45,183 nt of DNA from Planctomycetota bacterium (GCA_036479435.1 JAZGFI010000042.1:1-45183); one strand, 5' to 3'. Counted from the first letter of the stretch, positions 1-9,068 are shown. Numbers and translations: made by a program. Notes: generated from the letters alone by a model not told the origin.

Positions 1-209
1 CCTCCTGCGACAACGCGCTTCCACTGATGCCTTCGGGGCCAGCCATGCGCTGAATCATCCGCTCTCGAAATCCTTGGTTGTAAGACGGCAAAACTCGTTC
101 TCCGCCGCCCCCTATCCAGATTCGCAAATTTTCGCCCTCATGAGGGCGGCCCGCCTGCGGCGGACTGGGAAGAACCCACCAAAGAGCTACGCTCTTCGGC
201 GGGGCCCTA

Positions 210-260
210 ACTCAAGCGGCAACTACTCTGACACCGGGGGGTTACAGCTTCAACGCGCAA
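210..260. repeat. Short element, inverted copy of 43890-43934
   Basis: ACTCAAGCGGCAACTAC (210-226) is the exact reverse complement of 43918-43934. TCAACGCGCAA (250-260) matches the reverse complement of 43890-43901 with one indel. Confidence 0.55.
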
Positions 261-263
261 CTC

Positions 264-512
264 GTGTGGCTGATCATGTTTTTCATGTGGGCGTTCATGT
301 CACCCCTTGCGGTGCTTGCCATCATCCGTGGTACTCATGACCGTGGCCACGTAATACCGCCCGAGGAGTCACGCCTTGTCTTTCTGCTTTGCATGGCCGC
401 CTGTGGCCTTGGAATGATCTCAACCCTGGTGATCAGCACCACCTTCGGATCATGGAAGGCAAAACTCATGGCCGCGCCGAGTGACGGTGAGTTGGACAAG
501 GAACCAAGTTGA
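264..512 (+). CDS. Possible small two-TM membrane protein, perhaps a 5'-truncated gene
   Basis: 82-aa ORF with two hydrophobic segments and a charged tail; GTG start with no clear RBS. Confidence 0.35.
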   Translation: MWLIMFFMWAFMSPLAVLAIIRGTHDRGHVIPPEESRLVFLLCMAACGLGMISTLVISTTFGSWKAKLMAAPSDGELDKEPS

Positions 513-543
513 AGGCGGGTCTCTTCGTCTTGTCCTGCCGATT

Positions 544-720
544 TATGGGGTCGCCGAAAACGCTGGTGTTGTCGGTCGCGGGGCAAAAGCCGACGATGAG
601 GGCTGAAAGCGGCGAGGCATGGTGTTGTCGTGCGTCCACAGCTCGTCGAGCTGGAGACTGAACCGTTGCGGAGGCAAGCCACAACGCGCACGCGAGCCCC
701 AGCAACGATCGAGATGATAT
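544..720 (-). pseudogene. Internally deleted paralog remnant of the adjacent FG-GAP gene
   Basis: Reads ATA-SSRSLLGLACALWLASATVQS (signal-like), then a +1 frameshift to QLDELWTHDNTMP (intact gene: QLDEIWTHSNTMP; 33/39 nt identical to 2264-2302), then directly ASPLSALIVGFCPATDNTSVFGDPI (14/25 aa identical to the intact C-terminal domain). Confidence 0.85.
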
Positions 721-727
721 ATCTGTC

Positions 728-2377
728 TTATCCGCCGAGAAGGACCTCAAGTCCGTTTGAGTGAGCTCCATTACCTTGCTCAACGGCTTGAAGGTAGACC
801 GTGGAACCGGCGAGAGCCGGTTGAAAGAGCGAAACGAAAAGACGCCACTCACCCATGGCGTCGGTCATTTCTGTGGCCAGGTCCGTGGTACTGAGGTCGA
901 TAAAGACCGGGATGCCAAAGACGGTGGTATTGTCCGGCGCCGTGGCGAGGCCGACGAAGAGTAGGGAGAAAGGTGTCGCTCCGGTGAGGGCGAGACGCGG
1001 TGCAGTCGGGCTAGTTTCGTAGTCGAGGTCGAGGGGCGTGCCCACGGCGCCGTACTTTCTGGTCCCCATCATCGAGCGTGCGATGGTCAAGGGAGTCCCC
1101 GGAAGGGCGGGACCATCAAAGGAGAGAACAAAGTCGTCAAAGCCGTCGCCATTGGTGTCGCCGAGGGCCGTGTCGAATGCCAATTGCGAGTATTGAGCGA
1201 GTATGCTGCCGTTGGTTCCTGAGACCAACCTAGTAGCGGACCCGACCTTGGAGGAAAAATCCGGGGTTGAGTCGCCGTTGACGTCTCCCGCGGCACGGAT
1301 GTTGTCCAAACCTGGGGTGAAGGCAATATCACAGAAACGTCGAATCTCGACGCCAGTTGCGCCGGAGACCAGTGACCAAGCTCCCACCGCGTCGACGGCG
1401 ATGGTAACGCCGGTGCTCAGGGGAATCATGATGTCGCCGATTCCGTCTTGGTCGGCATCAAAGCCGCCAAATCCGTCTCGGCAGGCGTGGCCGATAACGC
1501 CGCAATCATTGAGAAGTCCGGTACCCAGGGTTCCATACACATAGACAGTGGACCAAAGCGAGGCACCAGTGGCACCCGACACGGCACGAAGGTAGCCTCC
1601 GTTACCAGAGAACGATCCAAATGGAGATGAGACGAGGGTGCCAGGGCCGCCGCAAGCAAAATCATCGAAGCCGTCGTTGTCGACGTCTCCGAGTCGGGCG
1701 AAGGTCTCGCCGAATGCCCACGAGCTCGGATTGGTTTCGAAGACGCTCAAGATCTCGCTGCTGGCGACGATGTCGATGATGCGGACGCGACCGCGACCGA
1801 GGTTTGTCCCGTTAATCGTGAAGGGAAGCGCAATGGCGACATCCTGAATGCCGTCACCGTTGACATCCCCGGCCCCATGAATCGAAGCCACATTGAACGA
1901 GTCGGCTGCATTCAGATAGAAATTGGAATACACCGTTGCGAAACTGACGCCGTCGTACACCTCAAGCGAGATATCCGGGCCGAACCCAAAAAAGAATGCC
2001 GGGCGTCTAAGAATGGCGAAGTCGACAATTCCATCGCCAGTTACGTCGCCCACAAAGTTGAAAGTCTCGATTTCCCAGAAAATGACTCCGGGGCTCGGAG
2101 GCGCTACGAAAGTGACATTGGCATTCGCCAGCAAGGCGCCATCGCGGCCGGACACGAATTGGATCTGCTCCACTCCCATGTTGGCATGAACCACCAACAA
2201 GTCATTCGCACCATCGCCGTCCCAATCCTGAGTCTCCTGCCCGACCCGTGCCGTGGCATTGATGGGCATGGTGTTGCTGTGGGTCCAGATCTCGTCGAGC
2301 TGGGCTTGGGCCGGAGCCCAAGTCATCATGATTGCCGCGATCAAAAAAAGTACCGGTTTCGTCGAGCGAAAGTTCAT
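728..2377 (-). CDS. Secreted FG-GAP (integrin-alpha-like) seven-bladed beta-propeller protein with a C-terminal domain
   Basis: GGAG RBS before ATG 2377; signal peptide ending AQA; seven DxD/NxDG-type Ca-binding repeats (DWDGDG, DVTGDG, DVNGDG, DVDNDG, DADQDG, DVNGDS, DTNGDG) plus SGATG-type motifs. Confidence 0.9.
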   Translation of the reverse strand: MNFRSTKPVLFLIAAIMMTWAPAQAQLDEIWTHSNTMPINATARVGQETQDWDGDGANDLLVVHANMGVEQIQFVSGRDGALLANANVTFVAPPSPGVIFWEIETFNFVGDVTGDGIVDFAILRRPAFFFGFGPDISLEVYDGVSFATVYSNFYLNAADSFNVASIHGAGDVNGDGIQDVAIALPFTINGTNLGRGRVRIIDIVASSEILSVFETNPSSWAFGETFARLGDVDNDGFDDFACGGPGTLVSSPFGSFSGNGGYLRAVSGATGASLWSTVYVYGTLGTGLLNDCGVIGHACRDGFGGFDADQDGIGDIMIPLSTGVTIAVDAVGAWSLVSGATGVEIRRFCDIAFTPGLDNIRAAGDVNGDSTPDFSSKVGSATRLVSGTNGSILAQYSQLAFDTALGDTNGDGFDDFVLSFDGPALPGTPLTIARSMMGTRKYGAVGTPLDLDYETSPTAPRLALTGATPFSLLFVGLATAPDNTTVFGIPVFIDLSTTDLATEMTDAMGEWRLFVSLFQPALAGSTVYLQAVEQGNGAHSNGLEVLLGG

Positions 2378-2485
2378 GGGTGATTCTCCAACTTCTGCTG
2401 AATGTGCGAGAGCCAGCCAGGGCTTGGCGCGTCCTGGTGGCCCAATCATGCCTTTTGCCGGTATCCGAAGTCAAGGCAATCGCCT

Positions 2486-5107
2486 TCAGTGAGACGGTGA
2501 GGAAGCTTGAGACCGCGGGCAGGTGAGTAGAACGGCCATGACGGTGATGGCACTCAACATTTCGATGCTTTCGAAGAACTGGAAATGAGCCGATCGCAAG
2601 AAGTACCAGCCTTCGTTTTCGAAGAAGAGAAGAACCAGAAACGAAAGGGCGATGCGAACTGCATAGAGAAAGGCGACGGCGGCGACGCTGGGCGCGGTGT
2701 TTAGTTCAGCTCGTGGGCGTGATGCGGCATAGGCCGCCAGGGCGATTGCCAAGGGCGCGGTGTGTTGCAGCAAGATGGCCACAAGGGCGAGGTTTAAGTT
2801 GACTTTGCCATCGGCGAAAGCAAAGGCGGAGTTCATGTCAAAGGTCGACAACTTGTAGCGGTAGCCCTGCGCAAACCAGTAAAACATCTCGTACAAAAAG
2901 ACCGTGGTCAACGCGAAGAGGCCCGGTGATTTCAAGCGCGCTAAGGCTACGGCGAGCAAGATGGCTCCGCCGAAAAAGGCGAGGCCAAACATGAGGTTGC
3001 CTTCGACAATGAACAAACGATAAAGGCCAAGGAAGAGCACCGCGACTCCGAAGCTGCGTGGAGCCAGGGGATAGGTTGATTTGGGCTCAAGGCGGGGAAG
3101 GAAAAACATGCCCACGACAAAAACCCCAAGGGCCGCCCAGCCGAGACTGATGGAATCCCAAGTTCGCGCGAAATAGGCACAGGTGAAAACGATGGCGCCA
3201 AAGGCAGATGATAGGACGAGACGACGTTGCGACCCGGGCGCGATGCGTCCGACCAAGACGCCCGCCGCCGACACCGTGAACACCAAGGTGATGAGGTTGA
3301 TGACCCAGATCGCTTTGAAGTCTGGGACACGGTAGGCCACTTCGACCTTTCCTCCGAGCAAATGAATGCTGTAGGCCGACAAGAACAAGACGCCAATTAA
3401 CGCAAGACCCGCGGCATAGCGACCGGATGTTGTGGCTGATCTCGAAGCAGCTAAGGCCCCAACCGCGATGACATAGAGCGCAAGGTAGGTCTCGACTTTC
3501 GGGCCGAAAGCCCAGGCGACCGTGAGGTAGCTCGTCAAAGTGAAGAAAAACACCCAGATCCACTCGCGGCTGTTATTCCAACTCTTGTTCAAACGCGGGC
3601 CGAACTTGCTGCGGCGCCAGCGCGCCCAAAAGTGTCGCAACGCGAAACCGCTTCCAAACCACAGGACGATGGCGAGGAAGTCATCAAGACGAAAGAGATC
3701 GCGGAACAGGCCCATCAGATAGTAGGCCCAGAAGTTTCGAAAAACCTGAAGGAAAACAAAGAGGCCGCAAAACGCTGCCGCGAAGGCGCAGGTGATGCGC
3801 CAGTCGATCGTCAGCGAGGAAGTGCTGAGGTGAAAAAACAACGCGCATGCCAACAGCGCTAAGACCAAGACGATGAGTCCCGACCACAGCCGTTGGCTGC
3901 GGCCTTGGGCCTTGGCCTCGGCGACCAAGGACCGATTGAGAGCCGAGCTGGATTCTTTGAGCCCATTCGCAAGCCTTACTGCACGGTCTTCAGAGAAGTT
4001 GGCGTCGGCGAGATTCAAGTTGGCGGCGGCCAGAATGCGCTCTTCGGCGTCGATGGCAAACTCAGGGTAGGCCTTGCGGGTTTGCTCCAGGCGGGCGCAT
4101 AGACTAGCGGCTTGCAAGGTGGCGGCGTCTCGCGCGCCGTGCGTCAACAACTCATGGCGCAAGGGAGCTTCAGCGCCGCGCGGGCTGCGGAGGCCGAAGA
4201 GCCCTGCCAACAGGGGGCACAGTTCGATGCCCTCGAGGTTTTGGTCACCCTCGACTTGTCGGATGCCGGGCCCACAAGCGGCGTAGCGAGTTCGGCGACT
4301 GATGTCGCTGAATCCACCGTGAGTTCCGGATTCGGTACAGCCGTGATCTGAAATGGAAAAAAGTGTCGTGTTGGCACCAGCGCGTTGGTGCCATTCTCGC
4401 GTCAACTTGTCAATGTTGTGAATGGATCGAGAGTAGGGCGTGAGCTCACCATTTTCGTCTCGGAGTCCGGCCCCGAACTTGTGAGAAAGCTTGTCCGGCG
4501 TCGAGAAGTGAACGACGAGTACATTCCAGTCGGGATCGTCGATGAGCTCGTCGATCTGCTTGATGACCTTAAGGTCGCGCTTGTACCAGTTGTCTTCAAT
4601 CTCCACTTGAAACCCAGTGAAGGGGTAGACGCATTTCCATTTACAGTCGCGATCGAAGGCTGAGTACCAAGTGGAGTCGCCAAAAAAGCCAACGGCGAGT
4701 TCGCGCTCGGCATAAAGGTCGAAGAGATCTTCGCCGGGCCAAGGCGGCACTACGAAGTTGGTCATGGCGGTCTTAAGGGGAGGGGTAATGCCGGTGCCGA
4801 AGCAGGTCACCGAGACGCCAGTGAGGCTCGGGCCGGGGACCATGAGGTCACCGCTAATGCCCTTGGCTGCGACCTCCTGAAAATAGGGCGCGATCTCGGC
4901 ATCCATCATGGGAGCTTTGCGAACGCTGTCGCCGAGGATAATCAGGAGGCGTTGAGTCAGGGCCGGGGCGACGATGGCAGCGCCCTTGTTGGCACTTGGA
5001 GCCTGTGCTTCCTCGGCGAAGTAACCCCGATAGAGCGCCGTGAGAGTCGTGCTCACGAGGAGGATACAAAGCAGGGTGAGGACGCGAGCGAGTGGGCCTC
5101 GCTTCAT
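2486..5107 (-). CDS. Alkaline-phosphatase-superfamily membrane transferase resembling GPI ethanolamine-phosphate transferases (PIG-G/PIG-O type)
   Basis: N-terminal TM; motifs GDSVR, PSLT, FFGDSTW, WNVLVVHFSTPDKLSH, SDHG, THGG; about a dozen C-terminal TM segments; ATG 5107 overlaps the cysZ stop (ATGA). Confidence 0.8.
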   Translation of the reverse strand: MKRGPLARVLTLLCILLVSTTLTALYRGYFAEEAQAPSANKGAAIVAPALTQRLLIILGDSVRKAPMMDAEIAPYFQEVAAKGISGDLMVPGPSLTGVSVTCFGTGITPPLKTAMTNFVVPPWPGEDLFDLYAERELAVGFFGDSTWYSAFDRDCKWKCVYPFTGFQVEIEDNWYKRDLKVIKQIDELIDDPDWNVLVVHFSTPDKLSHKFGAGLRDENGELTPYSRSIHNIDKLTREWHQRAGANTTLFSISDHGCTESGTHGGFSDISRRTRYAACGPGIRQVEGDQNLEGIELCPLLAGLFGLRSPRGAEAPLRHELLTHGARDAATLQAASLCARLEQTRKAYPEFAIDAEERILAAANLNLADANFSEDRAVRLANGLKESSSALNRSLVAEAKAQGRSQRLWSGLIVLVLALLACALFFHLSTSSLTIDWRITCAFAAAFCGLFVFLQVFRNFWAYYLMGLFRDLFRLDDFLAIVLWFGSGFALRHFWARWRRSKFGPRLNKSWNNSREWIWVFFFTLTSYLTVAWAFGPKVETYLALYVIAVGALAASRSATTSGRYAAGLALIGVLFLSAYSIHLLGGKVEVAYRVPDFKAIWVINLITLVFTVSAAGVLVGRIAPGSQRRLVLSSAFGAIVFTCAYFARTWDSISLGWAALGVFVVGMFFLPRLEPKSTYPLAPRSFGVAVLFLGLYRLFIVEGNLMFGLAFFGGAILLAVALARLKSPGLFALTTVFLYEMFYWFAQGYRYKLSTFDMNSAFAFADGKVNLNLALVAILLQHTAPLAIALAAYAASRPRAELNTAPSVAAVAFLYAVRIALSFLVLLFFENEGWYFLRSAHFQFFESIEMLSAITVMAVLLTCPRSQASSPSH

Positions 5108-5835
5108 GAACTCATGGTCCGGAGCTCTTCGTTCCAAAATATGGTGCCGCCGGCGACCGCGGTCGGCATCGCCACCAAATTGACGAAGGGAGTCGCAAAA
5201 GCGAGCAGAGTCATGCCGCCAAAGCCGAGGGCGATCCAGGGCTTTTTCCGGATGCGGCGTCGCATCTCGCGAAAGGGAAGTCCGTTGTTGTCCATGGCGT
5301 AGTCAACGAATTGCAAGGTCAGCATCCAAGCCGAAAAAGTGGCCCAGGCCAGCGCGCCAAAGGGGCCAAAAAAACAGGCCAAAAGCAAAAACGGAATCGA
5401 CAAGATCACGAAGTAGACGATCTTCTTGGTCTCTTGGATCAAGATTGTCGGCATACGTTTGACAAGTTGAGCCCAAGTGGTTGCCGGTGGCCCCGGCGGG
5501 CGGAGTTTTTGTTCAACGGCCTCTGCCAACAGGCCGTTGAAGGGCGAAGCAACCAGGTTGGCGGCGGCGATAAAGCCGAAGAACAGTGCAAGAGTCCAAA
5601 GGCTGCCGAACACCACCCAACCCAGCCAGTCAATCCAAGACAGCCAGCTGGGAGTTTTCGATTCGGTCCAAATCATGAAATCTGAAAAGTAGTCGGCGCC
5701 GACCAAGACGAAGGCGATGAACATCAACACCGTGAGCCCAATGGGAGCAAAAGCAAACACGCGGACGCGTTTGCCCCAAATAAGCGGCATGCCTTGCCAA
5801 AAAAAGCCCATGCCTTTCGCTAGGTCGTCAAACAT
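5104..5835 (-). CDS. cysZ: CysZ/EI24-family sulfate transporter
   Basis: ANLVASPFNGLLAEAVE, QFVDYAMDNN and PFVNLVAMPTAVAGGT are CysZ signatures. Confidence 0.88.
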   Translation of the reverse strand: MFDDLAKGMGFFWQGMPLIWGKRVRVFAFAPIGLTVLMFIAFVLVGADYFSDFMIWTESKTPSWLSWIDWLGWVVFGSLWTLALFFGFIAAANLVASPFNGLLAEAVEQKLRPPGPPATTWAQLVKRMPTILIQETKKIVYFVILSIPFLLLACFFGPFGALAWATFSAWMLTLQFVDYAMDNNGLPFREMRRRIRKKPWIALGFGGMTLLAFATPFVNLVAMPTAVAGGTIFWNEELRTMSS

Positions 5836-5863
5836 GTGTGGTCTCGTTGCGCGAATACTCGGA

Positions 5864-6412
5864 CTACATCATGTTCAATTCGAGTTTTGCCGCCTCCGAC
5901 ATCATGTCGGGCGTCCACGGCGGGTCCCAAACAATGATGACTTTTGCGTCTTCAATGCCAGGGGCATCCTTGACTTTTTGCTCGACCTCGCCGGGAAGCG
6001 TACCCGCCACCGGGCAGGAGGGAGAGGTGAGGGTCATCGTCACCAAAGACCGGTTGTCTTCGTCCACGTCAACTTTGTAGATCATGCCCAAGGCATAGAT
6101 GTTGACCGGGATCTCTGGATCGAACACCGTCTTCAAGACGTTGACGACGAGTTTCTTAATACGCTCAGAATTTTCGGTTCCGGCATCTTCGCAAAGAAAA
6201 GGCTCTTCGTCGGTTTTAGTCGTTGGCGGCGGTGCAGGCTCGGACGCCGCCGGCGTCCCCCAAGTGTCCGTCATCCGAGACACGCCTTTTTCGGCCATGG
6301 GTTTCTCGGGCTGTTTGCTGCCCTCATTCCGCAGTTCTGCGAGACGTTCCACCGTGGGATCTGATTGCGGAACTGGCTGGGATTCGTCCGGGTTTTTGTC
6401 TTCGTGGTTCAT
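5864..6412 (-). CDS. sufT: SufT/DUF59 Fe-S assembly protein with N-terminal low-complexity extension
   Basis: DPEIPVNIYALG, TLTSPSCP, WDPPWTPDMMSE; ATG overlaps the sufS stop (ATGA). Confidence 0.9.
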   Translation of the reverse strand: MNHEDKNPDESQPVPQSDPTVERLAELRNEGSKQPEKPMAEKGVSRMTDTWGTPAASEPAPPPTTKTDEEPFLCEDAGTENSERIKKLVVNVLKTVFDPEIPVNIYALGMIYKVDVDEDNRSLVTMTLTSPSCPVAGTLPGEVEQKVKDAPGIEDAKVIIVWDPPWTPDMMSEAAKLELNMM

Positions 6413-7689
6413 GACAATCCGAAGAGACGACGGCATTTATTGATCGCGTTGATCAAGACGTCAATCTCGTCCTTGGTGTTGTAAAATGCGAATGAAGCTC
6501 TCGCCGTGGCGCTGACGCCAAAGCGTTCCATGAGTGGTTGTGCGCAGTGGTGACCGGCGCGAATGGCCACACCTTCTTTGTCAATGATGGTGGCGAGGTC
6601 GTGGGCGTGGATGTCGTCGATGACGAAAGAGCAAACGCTTGCTTTGCCCGGCGCTTGACCGATCATCCGAAGGCCAGGTATCTCGCATAGTCGCTTGTCG
6701 GCGTATGCGAGGAGATCTTCCTCGGCCGCTGCGATGTTCTCGGGTCCTACCCGCTCTATGAAGTCGATGGCCGCACCCAGGCCAAAGACGCCAGCGATAT
6801 TTGGCGTGCCAGCCTCGAACTTGTAGGGCAGGTCGTTCCAAGTGGTCTTGGCGATCGTCACGTTATCGATCATGTCGCCACCGCCTTGCCAGGGTGGCAT
6901 GGCTTCCAGTAACTCGCGGCGACCGTAAAGGACGCCGATACCTGTGGGGCCGAATGCCTTGTGGGCAGAGAAGGTGTAAAAGTCGCAGTCGAGTGCTTTC
7001 CAATCGACGCGCATGTGCGGCACGGCTTGCGCGCCATCCAAGAGCACTTTGGCACCGACGGCATGAGCCTTCTTAATGATTTCGCGAACAGGAAGGACGG
7101 TGCCCAAGACATTCGAAATGTGGATCAAGGCCACCATCTTCGTGCGTGGGTTGAGCAGGCTCTCGAATGACTCAAGGTCGAGCTGGCCGTCATCGAGGAC
7201 TGCCACCGCTTTGACCACCGCGCCGGTCTGTTCGGCGACGATTTGCCAAGGCACGATATTGGAGTGGTGCTCCATCTCCGAAATCAAGATCTCATCGCCG
7301 GGCTTTAGTTCCGAGCGTCCCCAAGATTGGGCGACGAGGTTGATGCCTTCAGTCGTGCCGCGAACAAAGATGACTTCTTTTTCGTCGGCACCAAAAAATC
7401 TCGCGACCTTCGCGCGCGCTTCTTCGTAGCGGACGGTTGCGCGCGCACTCAGAGTGTGGGCGGCGCGATGAACGTTGGCGCAATCTTCGAGGTAGAAACT
7501 GTTGATGGCATCGACTACGGACTGCGGTTTCTGACTAGTGGCGCCACTGTCGAGATAGACCAAGGGCTTGCCATTAACCAGCTGACCAAGCGCCGAGAAC
7601 TCGGCGCGCAGAGCGTCGACGTCCAGGGGGCAAGCTCCCGAAGCTGGTATCGAGGACTGCGTTTGTGAATCCAGAGTTTTCTCGTTCAC
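6409..7689 (-). CDS. sufS: Cysteine desulfurase SufS
   Basis: YLDSGATSQKP, SAHK (PLP lysine), EAGTP, RAGHHCA (catalytic Cys). Confidence 0.97.
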   Translation of the reverse strand: MNEKTLDSQTQSSIPASGACPLDVDALRAEFSALGQLVNGKPLVYLDSGATSQKPQSVVDAINSFYLEDCANVHRAAHTLSARATVRYEEARAKVARFFGADEKEVIFVRGTTEGINLVAQSWGRSELKPGDEILISEMEHHSNIVPWQIVAEQTGAVVKAVAVLDDGQLDLESFESLLNPRTKMVALIHISNVLGTVLPVREIIKKAHAVGAKVLLDGAQAVPHMRVDWKALDCDFYTFSAHKAFGPTGIGVLYGRRELLEAMPPWQGGGDMIDNVTIAKTTWNDLPYKFEAGTPNIAGVFGLGAAIDFIERVGPENIAAAEEDLLAYADKRLCEIPGLRMIGQAPGKASVCSFVIDDIHAHDLATIIDKEGVAIRAGHHCAQPLMERFGVSATARASFAFYNTKDEIDVLINAINKCRRLFGLS

Positions 7690-9068
7690 CCTTTGATCTC
7701 CTGATCAGCGCTGGGGCTGCCTCCAGTCAAGGTTTTTCCCAACCGTTCGCGCCAGCGTTCTCGCATGGGCGCGAATTGAATGGCGTCGATGACGTCGCTG
7801 GCAAAAGCTGCGGTCAGCAGCGACTGCGCGCTCTTTTTTGTCATGCCTCGGCTCCGCAGAAAAAACAACTGATCGGCGTCCAATGCCCCGATGGTGGCGC
7901 CGTGCGAGCACTTCACGTCTTCGGCGTAGATCTCAAGTTGCGGCTTGGTGTTCACTGAGGCGTCCGCCGAAAGCAAAAGGTTAGCGTTGGTCTGCTCAGC
8001 TTCGGTTCCGACGATGTTTTCGGGTACGACGATCCTGCCGTTAAAGATGCCTTGTGAGTGGCCGTCCAAAATGCCCTTAAAAAGCTGCTTGCTGCGCCCC
8101 TGTGAAGCCATGTGCTTCACGATGATTTGATTGTCGTGATGTTGACGGTTGCGACCGAAGTAGAGCCCGCTCACGTCGGTTTCGGCTCCAGCGCCACGTT
8201 GCTCAATGGCGAACTCGATACGACCAAACGAGGCGCCGAAGGCGACCGAACTCGCCTTGAACTGACTGCCGCGATCCTGATGAACCTCAATCGATCCTAG
8301 GTGAATCGCCCCGGCATCTTCTCGTTGGACGCGGTCGTAGTTTAAGATGGCTTCGGGGCCGAGCCGTACTTGGGTCACAACGTTGTTGAAGTATTCAGAA
8401 GGCTGGGTGTCTTCAGCGAGCCCAATATGGCGTTCCACAACGTGTACTTGGCTGCGCTCGCCAAGGATGATGAAATTGCGCGGCTGCGCGAGGGTCGGAC
8501 CTTCGGTGATCGTCGTGAGAAAAAGCAAGTTGATGAAGCCATCGACTTCCGTCTTCGGGCTGACACGGATGACCGCGCCATCTTCACACTGCGCAGCGTT
8601 CAAAAGGGCGAAGGCATTTGAGTGCGCTTTGCCCGCCTCGATCGACGAAGCGACTTGAGAATCGATCAGCTCGCGCAGCTCGTCGTCGTGAACCTCGGAC
8701 AGGGGGGCCACGCTGATGCCGTCTTGAAGGTCGCCAATTCGGGATAGGCGGTCGCAATAGTGACCATCGATGAAGACCAATCTCGCGCCGCTTATTTCCC
8801 CGTAGAAAAAGCGCTCAAGATCTTCTTCGAGCACGCCCTCCATGGCCTTTGGGTGCGGTGCTTGCCAAGGAGTTTTAGCCAAAAACCGTGAGTCGCTGTA
8901 CTTCCAGTTTTCAAGCTTGCGAGTCGGAAGGCCCATGCCTTCAAAACTGAGTAAGGCGCGTTCGCGCAGCGCGTTCCACTGAGCATCGCCGAACAACGGT
9001 CCTTGGCTAGACGCGTAGTCGCGGCTGAAGACCCTGCTGCCATCATCAACTAAGGTCGGAGTCGTCAA
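7686..9068 (-). CDS. sufD: Fe-S cluster assembly protein SufD
   Basis: [32 protein letters not shown]; operon position. Confidence 0.95.
   Translation of the reverse strand: MTTPTLVDDGSRVFSRDYASSQGPLFGDAQWNALRERALLSFEGMGLPTRKLENWKYSDSRFLAKTPWQAPHPKAMEGVLEEDLERFFYGEISGARLVFIDGHYCDRLSRIGDLQDGISVAPLSEVHDDELRELIDSQVASSIEAGKAHSNAFALLNAAQCEDGAVIRVSPKTEVDGFINLLFLTTITEGPTLAQPRNFIILGERSQVHVVERHIGLAEDTQPSEYFNNVVTQVRLGPEAILNYDRVQREDAGAIHLGSIEVHQDRGSQFKASSVAFGASFGRIEFAIEQRGAGAETDVSGLYFGRNRQHHDNQIIVKHMASQGRSKQLFKGILDGHSQGIFNGRIVVPENIVGTEAEQTNANLLLSADASVNTKPQLEIYAEDVKCSHGATIGALDADQLFFLRSRGMTKKSAQSLLTAAFASDVIDAIQFAPMRERWRERLGKTLTGGSPSADQEIKG

Noticed and set aside
200..250. Integron attC site (CCCTAAC ... 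GTTACAG)
   Set aside because: Poor fit to RYYYAAC/GTTRRRY, too short, arms not complementary, and no integrase or cassette array.
74..340. ORF open from the window edge
   Set aside because: No recognisable motifs, and it overlaps the repeat element and the 264-512 ORF.
466..852. 128-aa minus-strand ORF as a real gene
   Set aside because: Its first part overlaps the FG-GAP gene out of frame; the rest is explained by the paralog remnant.
544..980. Diversity-generating retroelement template/variable repeat pair
   Set aside because: Differences between the copies are not adenine-specific and many are synonymous, and there is no reverse transcriptase in the window; this fits paralogy.
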